Of a stretch of 64,000 bases of DNA, positions 1-13,254 are shown piece after piece. The stretch's first letter is position 1. Every line of letters starts with the position of its first letter. The stretch lies in NCBI RefSeq assembly GCF_001194135.2, contig NC_068982.1:51188305-51252304 (forward strand). Direction: 5' to 3'. The DNA is from Octopus bimaculoides. Lineage: Eukaryota. The notes below the pieces were generated by a model. The model had not been told where the DNA came from, did no database searches, and saw only the letters and a program-made list of their open reading frames with translations. Position numbers and translations under genes: made by a program.

Positions 1-325
1 ATATATATGTATACATATTATTTATGTTTATATATATATATATATATTGTATATGTATATTATATATATATTGTATATGTATATTGTATATATATATATA
101 TATATATACATATTATATGTATATTATATATATGTATAATATACATATATGTATGTATATTATATGAATATGTATATTATACACATATATATGTATATCA
201 TGTATTATATACATATATGCATGTTATGTATATTATATATGTATATCATGTATGTATATTATACATATATATATATATTATATATGTATATGTGTATATT
301 ATGTATGTATATGATATATATATAC
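1..325. repeat. (TA)n/(TATG)n low-complexity tract
   Basis: Direct inspection. Confidence 0.95.
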
Positions 326-374
326 ATCAATTTAAATAAGAGCTATAATGCGATCCATTGTAAAAACTTTTTAA

Positions 375-456
375 TGACCTATGAACATTTCGATACAATA
401 TCCCAACACACTCCTGTATGTTATAAAATATGGAATATTGTATCTCCTCAGGGTCA
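375..456 (-). ncRNA. Minimal type-I hammerhead ribozyme motif
   Basis: Minus strand: UGACC-CUGAGGA-GAUACAAUAUUCC(27-nt loop)GGGAUAUUGUAUC-GAAA-U-GUUC-A-UA-GGUCA. Stem I 5 bp, stem II 13 bp, intact core. Confidence 0.75.
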
Positions 457-1554
457 GATTTGATTAATTCATAGCAGACAGTAAAAAACAGACAACATTA
501 ATAGTTGTCCTTAAATTACATGTATATAAACAGGTTGAAATGACATGAAACGTATTGACACTGCATACAATATCGGTTAAGAAGACAGTTACATAGTAAA
601 GTAAGTAGTAGTAAATTTTTGGTAGAGATCTATAAATACACACACATATATATATATATATATATCTTACATATATTATTTATGTATATTATAGATATAT
701 ATATTATATACATGTATATATATATATGTATATATCTATATCATATATGTATATTACATATATATATTCATGCCTAACTCTTTTGACCGGTTAGTGGCTA
801 TCCAACCGTAGCCAAGCCTAGATAGTTTAAAACAATAGATGTCCAATTAGATGAGAGGACTTAACAGTAAAAATTACCCCTCCCCAAATATCACCAGGAT
901 TCTAAATACCCACTACTAGCAGGACCCTACCTTCCCCATAAACAAAAAAATAACAGAGTATATCATCACAATTTTAAAAAGTTTACATATTACTATCTCA
1001 ACAATTCCTCAAGAAATAATTTCTACATAGACCCCTCCACCACATACAAAACTGACACGCTCGTACCCCACAGGTTTAGCATATAAACAGATATATATAT
1101 ATATATGTCTGAACATTGTGATCAAAATACAGCGGTAAGAACCATTGCACCGGTACTCCTTTCCAAACTCAACGAAAAACGTTTATACCAGGGATCATGT
1201 ATGTATGGGAGTATTTATATATACATATGTGTATGTATATGTGGGGGGGGGGTATATATATGTGTCCATCCTCCTCACATATAGTAACAATGACTGTTGG
1301 ATCTTTTGGTATGCATGTACAGCCATCTATGTATGTGCATCTGAATACACATATAGGTACTAATGTGTTTATGTTTTTGTATTCATGTATGTCTGTATAT
1401 GGTAATGTATACATGCATATGCATGTATATATGAGTTTTTATGACTCTTTATATGGTTTTTATATGATTTTTGTATGTTCCTTTATATGCCTTTATATTT
1501 TTATCTTTATATTTGTATTTGAATTTTGCAAAATTCATGATTTGAATTTTGTAT

Positions 1555-1686
1555 ATCTCTAAAGAGGCCTAGTGAATCATGCATGTACCCCCATTGCACC
1601 ATTTTCATCTACATATTACTCCAGCATACTGGAGCCATATAGATAGAATGGGGCATGCCAACGCTAGGCCGAAACAGCTGTAAGAT
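1555..1686 (+). ncRNA. Hammerhead ribozyme motif with extended stem II and mutated core (CUAAAGA); probably inactive
   Basis: AUCU-CUAAAGA-GGCCUAG...CUAGGCC-GAAA-C-AGCU-G-UA-AGAU; 3' half identical to the 58677 motif. Confidence 0.65.
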
Positions 1687-2105
1687 TTTGTCCCTTCTCC
1701 ATTTGCTAGATGTCCTTTAAATTTGAAATCTTAATTGTTGATATGACATGGTAGGTCATCAGTGTCTGTATATTGTCTTTATTGTCATTTTGGTTATAAA
1801 ATAAACAGATTAATCAACAGTGTCTGCAAGTTGATGAGTACCTCATATTCCCCTCCATTTTCTTATTGCTANNNNNNNNNNCAGATTAATCAACAGTGTC
1901 TGCAAGTTGATGAGTACCTCATATTCCCCTCCATTTTCTTATTGCTATATAAATTTAGGGTAAAACCCCCTTTTACCCGCACCCACTTATTACAGTTGGT
2001 ATTACACTAGTGTAACAATAATTGGGTACCCTCCCAGCAGTATATTGGATAGATATTATCCCTTAGTGGGTTGGATCCTCAACCCCTAACTCTCTTGGAT
2101 TATAT
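1555..2105 (+). mobile_element. Penelope-like element terminal repeat (pLTR) remnant
   Basis: Homologous over several hundred bp to 58677-59325 (cagtgtctgcaagttgatga...attatcccttagtgggttggat...aacccctaact), begins with a hammerhead motif, ends at (TA)n. Confidence 0.6.
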
Positions 2106-2514
2106 ATTACATATATATATTTTTATACATATTGGTGTATATATATATATATGAGTAAATGTGAGGACAAGCAGGTTAAGCAAGTGAATATAGAAAAAAT
2201 TAGATACATTTAATACAAAAAATGTTTGTATGCATATATATAAAAAAAATTCTGACTTACACAGAATAGAAATATGAGAAATTAAAAGGGTTGAGTAGTA
2301 GAAGTTTTACCAATTCAATAGCTTTTTGTAGGGTTTTGGTGGTCCAAAACAATGATGGTAACTTGATTCCATCATTGGATGACACCAGCCTCCATCTTTA
2401 GGGAAGGATTTTACATTTGAGGTGTTGACAGAATAGAGTTTAAAGATTCCATGCGTAAACATGCACACACATACACACATTGTGTGTGTGTGTGTGTGTG
2501 TGTCTGTGTATGTA

Positions 2515-3200
2515 TAGTGTATTCCAGAAGTATTGAGACTTTTTCAGGCAATTTCTAAGTCGTACCAAACCCTAATCTTCAATGAAGGATCTTCTGGTTT
2601 TAATGCACTTTTTATAGTTAGTACTCTAACAAACTTGTGAAGGCGCCATGAAAATCCTCCAAAGTTAAGGTGTTCACAACCCTTGTCACAACTTCCTTCA
2701 TCATCTCCTTCAGCCTTAGAGAACAACCAAAAATAACAAGGGGCTAGGTTTGGACATTAGGGAGGGTGCTCGACACTTTTGATGCCTATGTCTGTCAAAT
2801 AGTTGGTTATCAGGATGAAATTGTGGACTGGTGCAAGTGTTCTGGGTTTTTGCAATGAAATCTCTTCCTGAACTCCCTCAAAATCTTCACAAAGTATTTG
2901 TTGACCATCTGACCAGAGAGAACTCAGTGGAAGTAGAAGATGCTCTTGTCAATAAAGTGAATCTTCCTGAACTGCCAGGTAGTCTTGCTTTGCCTAGCCT
3001 CCTGTGCCAGTGGAGAGCAAATTCCCAGCTCATAAGCTAACCCATTACCAGTCAGGAGCATTTCATAAATTTCTGTAGCATTTTTGTCCAATTTAACACA
3101 AAAGTTAATTGCATAGTCAACTTCCAAACTGTCTTCGTATTCCGACTGCACTATGCAAACGAGTCAGCTGTGACAAGCAGTTTCAGTAGGGTGTATTCAA
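2515..3200 (-). mobile_element. Degenerate mariner transposon with internal deletions
   Basis: N-terminus MQSEYEDSLEVDYAINFCVKLDKNATEIYEML; C-terminal pieces MVNKYFVKILREFRKRF and EMMKEVVTRVVNTLTLEDFHGAF across frameshifts. Confidence 0.75.
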
Positions 3201-3665
3201 AGTGCTTTTACAGCTGTCACCTTCAGTCTGGAATAATAAAAGTTGGTAAGTCAATTTATTAGATATATAGTAATGCTATACTAAAATTACAATAATTTAA
3301 GACAGTGATAACTGCCTCTCAAAAGAAATGTCTCAAAACATCTGAAATGCACTTTGAAAAAGTTTGATAAGGGGATAATTGTGAGTTAAGAGACACTTAG
3401 AATACATCTAAACATCAAAAAGTTGCACTCCATAGTTGAAATCTTATAATGTTTTTTTTGCATATTCTTTGTTATAGGCTTATTGATTATCTTAAATGGT
3501 ATATCTACCATTCTGTGTGATGATTTGAAAGATTGTCTACTATTATGTTTGATGAAATTCAAATTCAAAGTGTTGATATTTTTTTTCCTTTTGGAATTAG
3601 AATTTCCAGAACATAAGCTTGTGTTTTTAAATATTCCATTTACTGATGGCAATTTTCTTTTATAG

Positions 3666-3709
3666 GTCAACCTGGTCAGAAAGGAAACAAAGGAGATCAA
3701 GGAAATTCT
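3666..3709 (+). CDS. Collagen exon (G)[14 protein letters not shown], 44 bp, phase-1 start (split Gly codon)
   Basis: ttttctttTATAG|GT CAA CCT GGT...GGA AAT TCT|GTATGT. Confidence 0.9.
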
Positions 3710-6700
3710 GTATGTTATATTTATTCATAAAGTGTGTGTGTGCGTGCGTGTGTGCGTGCGTGCATACGTGCGTGCATGCGTGTTTTGCATCTTCCAGCAA
3801 AATTTTATTTTACCAGTTACCTAAAGTTTCAAGATAGTTGAGAGTGTTGACAATCCTAACTGAGTAAATTAAGCCATATTGGAACTACTTTGAGCTGGTG
3901 TGTGCATATACTTACATATTTCTTACTAATCCAATCCATGTGAATGTAGAAAATGAGCAGTACATTTTGTTGTTGATGGCAATAAAAATTAGGAGTAAAA
4001 TGAGCATGAAGAAATGAGTAACCAAATATTTCCAACACAGTTTTAAATATGGATGTCGTTTCAAAATCTCAGAAAATAATTTTCATTTGACAGTTAAGAT
4101 GCTGAATTAAAATTGTTAATGATCACAGCAAAAATGCCTCCAGAAAAGAAGCAATTAAACTAATAAATTTACCACTGCTGCATGTGCTGAGAGAGCTCTC
4201 TGTGAATCACATTTTTTATCAATTGTATGGCCCCCAAGTATACATTAATGACCTATTTATTGTCACTTCAAACAATGTTCAATCATACATATATAATACC
4301 ATCCTTCATTCTCTCTAAATTTCTGCACTCAATTGTCATGCACATGCAACTTTAATCCCTATGCCAAATCTCCCTGAACAGAGACCTCAAATTCTCTCCG
4401 GTGAGATTGTATCAATTTCGTCTTTCAACAACAGAAAGACACAACTACTACATTTATCAAAATATCACTGTCCTACTCCTCTCCCTAAATATGAACCACA
4501 TGCACTAGAACCACCAGAACCACCATGGCAAATACTAGATTTCATAAAGACTAGTCTTTTTAGGGCCTGAAAGTCCTTCAACTCTCAACAACAACTAATC
4601 TTCTATAAAATTCACATCTGAAACGGTCTTGCTGTTACACATAAAGACATCCTAGACTGCATTCTACAAAGAGGCCAACTAATTGATTAACATGAAGTCA
4701 CCAACATGCTCCAACCTCTAGGCCACAGATGTGCAAACTTTTCTCTCTACCTTTTTCTTGCTACTATGGGAACTATTCTTCAGAGTTGACTAGACTCATG
4801 ACACCCCACTTAGACACTGATGATGCATTCATTTCAGTTCACTTATATTGTGTCTACTCAGACCCCACACTAATCATTGTGCTCAATTCTTCCTTCTTAG
4901 AACTTTGTTCCTTTTATAATTTATTTCTTGTTCTTGCTATTATTAAAGAAGAGCATTAGCTGTAACACTCTTACCAATCTCAGAGAGCCTGCAAAAGGCT
5001 ACAAATACAGTTGTTTTCCTTCAGACCAAGACAATAAAAACAAAATAACTTCTTTCATTCTTTTTTTTTTTAAATCTTTTTGGAGATAATAGTCTCATTG
5101 TTTCAGTCACAACTATATCATCACCAATTTGACATGATTATTTTTAGTAATGGAAGACAGAGCTACCAGTACAAATAAGATAATTTTGAAATTAAATGAC
5201 TTCACTAATGCCCTTAATCTTAGCGAAAATTTGTAACTACATGTTTATGATTTAGAATTTTTGTGATCTACTCTCTCAAGATACAAGATCCTGTAAATTT
5301 ATATTAAATCAAACTATTTGATGAGGAAAATTTTAAATGTTAAAAAGGAATGAGGAGGTAAGAAATTACTATAAAATAACGTATTTATGTCAAGTTCTGA
5401 CTTCTCAAATAAAGCAATTATTGTTGAGGCTAATTAGTAATTAATAAAGAATTAGAATAATGAAAGTGTATGTTCTGTTAAATATGCTTTTTATTTTTAG
5501 GAGTACCCAAAACCTATTTACAAAATCTTTTAAAATTGTATTTGCAGGGTGAAAAGGGGGATCAAGGAGGCAGTGGTTTTCCGGTATTTCATATTCCTTG
5601 TTATTCTAAAGTGGATTTTCTTCTAACTTTGATGCTTGCTTTAGCTTATATCAGCCACTTACTGTGTATTTAGTAATTTAACTTATATTTTTTTATTTAA
5701 TTTTTTTAATATTTTTCATATATATGTTTAGTCAATGTATTTCATTTACCTGTTTTAGAATTTTTGACAACAAATGATTACTATGGAATAAATTTAGGAA
5801 TTTCAGTAGTTTGAAACTTTTAAAAAATGACATGAGTAAAGAGATTAAAATTATTAGAAAAACTTAGGTGTTCTTCAGATCAATAGCATCAGTATTTAGA
5901 GAATTTATGTAGTGTAGCTGAAATAAATGAATAAATAAACTTCTCAACTCAATAGCCATAAGAAGAGTTGAGATTTTTTCTTCAGAATAGTGACGTCATC
6001 AGTTTTCTTCTACTTTTTTTTACCTTTTTGCAACTAATGTTTTCTTATCCTTTATATTGAAACAATCTAGAATAGTGGTTCCCAAACTATGAGTCGCGAC
6101 CCACTGATGGGTCGCGAACGGAATCCTAGTGGGTCACATTAGCTTTGATTAACTGCTGTCTATCAAGATAGTTCAAGACTCATGTTTTCAATACCAGACT
6201 GGTTGTTTTATCAAGCAGTAGGCTTTTTCACGAACTTAACAAATCAGAGGTGGTCATTTTCTCAAGTTATTTATTCGTACATAATCGTAAAAAGGAAAAG
6301 TCTCTAGGCGCAGTACAGCACTGATCGAGCCGATAACAGTTACTGCTTCGAGGTTTTGTATTAGAGTTAATACCTGAAACTATCATGCATTGAACCTGAT
6401 GTTAATTCTATTATTGAGTGTAGCAAGAAACAGGCTCATCCTTCTCACAAGCCTCAATGAAAATGTAATCTGAAATAAATTTGTTTCTTTCATTAATGTT
6501 TTTACCCAGTAGAGTTAAGTGGGTCGCCATAAACTGGTGTCATAAATAGTGGGTCGTGTCTCTAAAAACTTTGGGAATCACTGATCTAGAAGGTTGTATG
6601 ATACACAGCCATATGATAGTATGTGGTAAAAACAATATAGGCTTTTGCAGGGAATAGGTCAAAGGGAGACGACTAAGTTTCTCTCAGCATAAGAGTAGTA

Positions 6701-9700
6701 GATAATGCATGTTTACTAAAAGTATTTAAAAGTTATGTGGGTAAGATAGGGTACAAGAAATGCTGTATTTTAACGTGTATAAAGAACCCTTTTTAGTCAA
6801 AAACTAGGTTTAAAAAAATATGGGTGTTTCTTAGTATTATAATCCCTTACAAAACCTTTTTACCAAATTTTAAGCCTCCAAAATTAGGGGGTTCCTTATA
6901 CACGAATGTTCCTTATAAACGTTAAAATACAGTACGTATATAAAATAGACATCAAAAGTTTTTGGTATTCAGTAGTAATATATCCAAAGTACTATTCACA
7001 TTTAGTATAGAAAACTGATGTTTGGGGCAAGGGAAATAACTCACTTATTCTAGAATGCTATTTCTTTCCAATATGGTCCACTTATTAATCTATCTTTTTA
7101 AATTATTTCTAAATGAATTAATTTTCAAAATCAAATTATCATTATAGATTTTTATATCAGTATTTGATACATTTGCTAACCGCTTCAAAAGTTTGTCAAA
7201 AAGGCTGAAACAATTATTGTTGAAGTTCATATGTAATTTTATTTTTTAAATTTGTTTTTATACTGCTTTAAAACCAAATATTTCAAAATTTCTCCTGTGT
7301 TCAAATTACTATATTAATACCCATCCACTGTTCATTCTCAATGTATTTTTTAAGGCAAAAAGATTATAATACCTTTTATGCATTGTTAATTTAATGCATT
7401 TTTACATACTTTTAAAATAATGTTTTATATCTAAATTTTACAAATATTTTCTAACAATTTTATAAATATTTGTCCTTCATTAGTTAAAAAAAAATTGTTT
7501 AAAACAATTCATCAGAATTTTCATAGGCAGTATAAAGTAAATTTATAAAGTAAAATTTCAAATCTAAGGAAACTTGGTGGTGGTTATAGTTATATAATTT
7601 GTTTTATATTACTTGCTTCAAATGTAGAAAAGTGCTTTCAAAGATTTTTTTTTATTGCAAACAAAGTATATATTTTCAAATTTTTCATTAGTGAGTGTCA
7701 TTAAAGTGCTTCCATTTTTCTTGAAACTTCTTTTGGAGCAAATATTTATCTTAAATGCAGATTTTATGCCATATTTTCTTCTTTTATTTTTTTGTATAAA
7801 CCTAAAACATTTAGGGACCAACAGGCCCACCTGGAATTCCTGGCCTTAAAGTGAGTATCCACCACATATCTAGATTTTATATTCATTTTTTTAAAATCTC
7901 TCTCATATAGAGAAATAGGTCTGAAAATGAAAAAATTTCTTAAATGTGATATATTTAGACAACAGTTATATATTTAATTATATACTATTTAAGTACTACT
8001 ACTTAATAATACTACAAAATAATCTTGGTCAAAGTGAATTTAGGGGAACTAATAATATTTTATTATATTCTAATTTGTTATCCTTCAAAGGAGATAAGAA
8101 AAGAGAAAATAGTAAAAAGTTTTATAAATCAATTGATGTTTAACACGAAAAAGTAAATACATGTAAAAGTAAAAAATTTCAACTCGCATCATCTTCAACA
8201 TTAGCAAAACTATATCCAAAAGAATAGATTTATTCTTCATGGTTTAAAAAATATTAAATCCTTGATCAAGTGCATTTCATGTTGGTGTGTAACTCATATA
8301 TCTGGAACAAATGAACATCCTTGACCACATCTACAAGAAAAGGCCATCAGGGCCACTGGCAGACACATTCGCTAATATGCTACAACCACTAACCATCAAA
8401 TATGCTGTTTTCTCTCTCTGTCTCCTTTAACTGTTATAATGGTATCTGTTCCTCTAAATAGCAAGCTGTGTTTCACCTTTTCTCAGGTTAACTGAAGCAT
8501 TCATCTCTCCTCTACATACATACTGTGTTTCACCCTCAACTTTGCACTAAATATTTCGCTGAATCTTTACATAACCACTAGAACAAACCTACTGTCCACA
8601 TTTTCTCACTTTGTAGAAGGTCAAGGTGGGCTTTATTATTAATGTCACAAGTCCTCTTCTGGCCCAATAATAAAAAACTTGGCTCAGTCCCAGCAGTTTA
8701 AAAAAGTGATTCATGATATTCTTCAGTATATATTGTACAAAACAAAACCTGTTATATATTTTATACAAGGCAAGACAGTCTCCAAGTGAGACTCTAATGA
8801 TCCTCCTGTGTCACAATTGTTTACAAATTCAGTTTTAAAAAGTATTAATAAAAGAATATATCAGAGGAATACTGACAGGCAACTAGTTATAGGGATGCAC
8901 ATAAAAGTTAACTGTTTATGGTCTTATAACAATATTTTGATGCATTTCAAAATATTTTCCATTCGTCATCACTATACATTGAATTAGTGAGGTTTATTGT
9001 TTTGGCATAGGAAGCAGGACAGTGTTTCTAAATATAATGTATATATGAAAATCCTGCCACTCACACCTGATGCAAAGAGCTCTTATGAATTCATGCTGCA
9101 TTTGTTTTGAGAGTTCACTGGATATTCATAAGCCTCCATTTTTACATTAGACTTGATGACATTTTGCAATAGCTTTACTGTTAATAGGACTCCAGTGAGG
9201 TAGAGAATTTGAACTCAGAGTGCAAAAAGCAAAAAAAAATAGATACTGCAATTCTGCCCTAGACTGGAACTTTATTTATCAGCCCAGAAGGATGAAAGGT
9301 ACAGTTAGCCTCGGCAGGACCTCAACTCAGAAGCATATAAAGTTAGAGTAAACACTGCAAAGCATTCATTTTTTAAAAATAATTTGTCTTTATATCTTTT
9401 GAGCAAGCCATTTTTTGTAGATGAGGGTTACAAGTTGTTTAGGTTAAACCCTGCTATTTTAATAGTAAAATTTCATCAAAGTTATTGCATTGCAATGCAA
9501 ATTTGGCCCTCACATTTATATGGACTTGGAACAAAGAGAGATGAAACTAAGTATTGGAAACATTTAATCTGGTACACTAACATTTGTACTAAATGCAATT
9601 ATCAAATATATTTTATTTGATAATCTAAATGTTCTGACATCATTTAACTTAAAGGGTTTATCAAAATTGGGACTTTGTTCAAGTTATACTATTCCATTTC

Positions 9701-10491
9701 CACAGTATTGAAGCGGTTAGGATCCCTTCTCAACCTATATCTCCTGTACCAGCCTGTTACCTTTTCCAGAGATGATCAGATTGTTTAGTGTTGTATCTTA
9801 GCATGATGTACATTTGAAATTATGTAAGGCTAGCTATTGCTTGTTGACAATGTTTCGAGTATCAGAGAGAGAGAGAGTGCATGTGTGTAGTAGACTCAGA
9901 TGCTTTCCTGAATTTACTCACTCATGTCTAGCTTTAAATATCACTTAGTATTGTAGTTAATTGTTAAAAGTTGCAAAAGCTCTGAGTGAGAAGAGTTTTA
10001 ATAGTTCAAACAAGTTTCAGTGGGTGTCAAAAAGACCCTCTTTTCATAAAATATTTTTGGAAAACATGTCATTATTGGTGCCTCTTAATCTATAAGAATA
10101 TGAAACTTATCATCGCTGCTTTTAGTTAATATATACCTGCAAAAGCTTAATTATATACAAATATTTAATCGTTGTCTCTGTTTATCTTGCATTTAGGGTT
10201 CAAATGGTGCAACTGGCATTCAGGTATGGCACTTTCCTGCTATCTGGAAACAAGCATGACCATAATTATTAAATTGTGTATACTATATATTTCTAAAAGC
10301 AATGTATTTCACCACTTCTGTATACCCTCAACTTTGCCTGTCTAGCTCTTTCTGTTGAGAAAAATATATTGACAGGTGGTAAAGAAAGTAATGCATATAT
10401 TTTATATCATCATCATTTAATGTCCTTTTTTCCCATGCTGACATGAGTTGGACTATGTGTATGTGTGTGTGTATATATATGCATGTGAAAA

Positions 10492-10522
<31 letters not shown>

Positions 10523-10532
10523 TATATATATT

Positions 10533-10571
<39 letters not shown>

Positions 10572-11392
10572 TATATTGTTGTTGGCACTCTGTCGCTTAC
10601 GACGTCGAGGGTTCCAGTTAATCTGATCAACGGAACAGCCTGCTCGTGAAATTAATGTGCAAGTGGCTGAGCACTCCACAGACAAGTGTACCCTTTACGT
10701 AGTTCTCAGGGATATTCAGCATGACACAGTATGACAAGGCTGACCCTTTGAATTACAGGCACAACAGAAACTGGAAGTAATAGTGAGAGAAAGTTGTGGT
10801 GGAAATGTACAGCAGGGTTCGCCACCATCCCCTGCCGGAGCTTCGTGGACCTTTAGGTGTTTTTGCTCAATAAACACTTACAACGCCCGGTCTGGGAATC
10901 GAAACCGCGATCCTATGACTGCGAATCTGCTGCCCTAACCACTGGGCCATTGAGCCTCCACAATATATTATATATATTTATATATATATATATAATATTT
11001 TATATATATTATATATATATAATATATAATATATATATTTATATATATAATATATATATATTTATCGCTTGAAAATGTGGGGATGGTGGTGCTGGTGTGT
11101 GCGTGGTGATGTGATGTGTTGTGTGGTATGGTGTAGAGTGGTGTGGTGTGATGGTGTTGCGAGAGTGGGGAAAGCACGGGTGGGGTGTGGGTTAGGCTGA
11201 AGGTGGCGGTAGAGGTGGGATATGTGGGTAGGCAGAGGGTGGGGTATGTGGAAGAGGGTGTAAGGGATGGGATGGGAAGGATAGGGAAGATGGGTATGAG
11301 AGAAGAGAGTAAGAGAGAAAGAGAGTAGGGGTGAAGAGAAGTAGAAGTCGGAGCAAGAGAGGAGAGGTGGGGTGGATATATATATATACATG

Positions 11393-11423
<31 letters not shown>

Positions 11424-12986
11424 TATATATATATTAACTGTCCAGATGTTTTGCGATCTTGTCCTATTTTGTATGTTATATAAATATATATTATCTATAT
11501 ATATATTATATATTATATATATATATTATATGTATATGTTAGATATATTATATATTATATATGCATATATATATATATATATACATATGTATATATATAC
11601 ACAAAATTAACGGTTCAGCAACAGGTTGCTTCACCACATACCGAAGTTCAGAAATAGCAGCTAAAAATGCTGAAACTCCAACAGATAGCAGTTACCCGCA
11701 ACTCACATAGGCAAAACAAGAAGAAAAAAAAAATAACGAACTAAACTAGCCATAGTTTAGCTGCTATTTCTGAACTTCGGTATGTGGTGAAGCAACCTGT
11801 TGCTGAACCCTTAATTTTGTTTATAAATGTATAAGAACTTTTAAATAAGTTCCATTCCACACCGATAATGGTGCTTACATACCAAAGGGCATGGTAAAAA
11901 TTATTAATTATTAATTTATTAATAAATTNNNNNNNNNNNNNNNNNNNNNNNNNNNNNNNNNNNNNNNNNNNNNNNNNNNNNNNNNNNNNNNNNNNNNNNN
12001 NNNNNNNNNNNNNNNNNNNNNNNNNNNNNNNNNNNNNNNNNNNNNNNNNNNNNNNNNNNNNNNNNNNNNNNNNNNNNNNNNNNNNNNNNNNNNNNNNNNN
12101 NNNNNNNNNNNNNNNNNNNNNNNNNNNNNNNNNNNNNNNNNNNNNNNNNNNNNNNNNNNNNNNNNNNNNNNNNNNNNNNNNNNNNNNNNNNNNNNNNNNN
12201 NNNNNNNNNNNNNNNNNNNNNNNNNNNNNNNNNNNNNNNNNNNNNNNNNNNNNNNNNNNNNNNNNNNNNNNNNNNNNNNNNNNNNNNNNNNNNNNNNNNN
12301 NNNNNNNNNNNNNNNNNNNNNNNNNNNNNNNNNNNNNNNNNNNNATATATAGGCACGGGAGTGGCTGTGTGGTAAGTAGCTTGCTTACCAACCACATGGT
12401 TCTGGGTTCAGTCCCACTGTGTGGCACCTTGGGCAAGTGTCTTCTACAATAGCCTTGTGAGTGGATTTGGTAGACGGAAACTGAAAGAAGCCCGTTGTAT
12501 ATATGTGTATATATATAAATATATATATATATGTATGTGTGTATATGTTTATGTGTCTGTGTTTGTCCCCACAACATCGCTTGTGTTTACGTCCCCGTAA
12601 CTTAGCGGTTCGGCAAAAGAGACCGATAGAATAAGTACTAGGCTTCCAAAGAATAAGTCCTGGGGTCGATTTGCTCGACTAAAGGCGGTGCTCCAGCATG
12701 GCCGCAGTCAAATGACTGAAACAAGTAAAGGAGTAAAGAGAGAGAGTATATATTATATATAATATATGTATTTATATATATATGTATTATATATGTATTT
12801 ATATATATATGTATTAATATATATATGTATTATATATGTGTTTATATATATATGTATTATATATATATTATATATATGTGTGTATCTATGTATGTAGATA
12901 TGTGTATGTATATTTATATATATACATATGTATGTGTATATATATATATACATATGTATATATATATATATGTATGCATATGTATG

Positions 12987-13060
<74 letters not shown>

Positions 13061-13174
13061 TATATATGTATGCATATGTGTATGTATATATGTATATATA
13101 CATATGTATGTGTATGTATGTATGTATGTGTATGTATGTATGTATGTGTATGTATATATATATATATATGTATG

Positions 13175-13254
<80 letters not shown>

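Noticed and set aside
7-463. ORFs rich in Y/I/M/C/V/H/T (also 12753-13396, 39925-40379, 52398-53306, 59593-60021)
   Set aside because: Translations of (TA)n/(TG)n microsatellites.
1810-1945. About 60-bp direct repeat flanking a 10-N gap (likewise about 40045-40205)
   Set aside because: Typical unmerged contig overlap; likely an assembly artefact.
2331-2377. Adjacent hairpins GTTTTGG/CCAAAAC and CAATGATGG/CCATCATTG
   Set aside because: May be a decayed pLTR hammerhead, but no CUGANGA or GAAA core remains.
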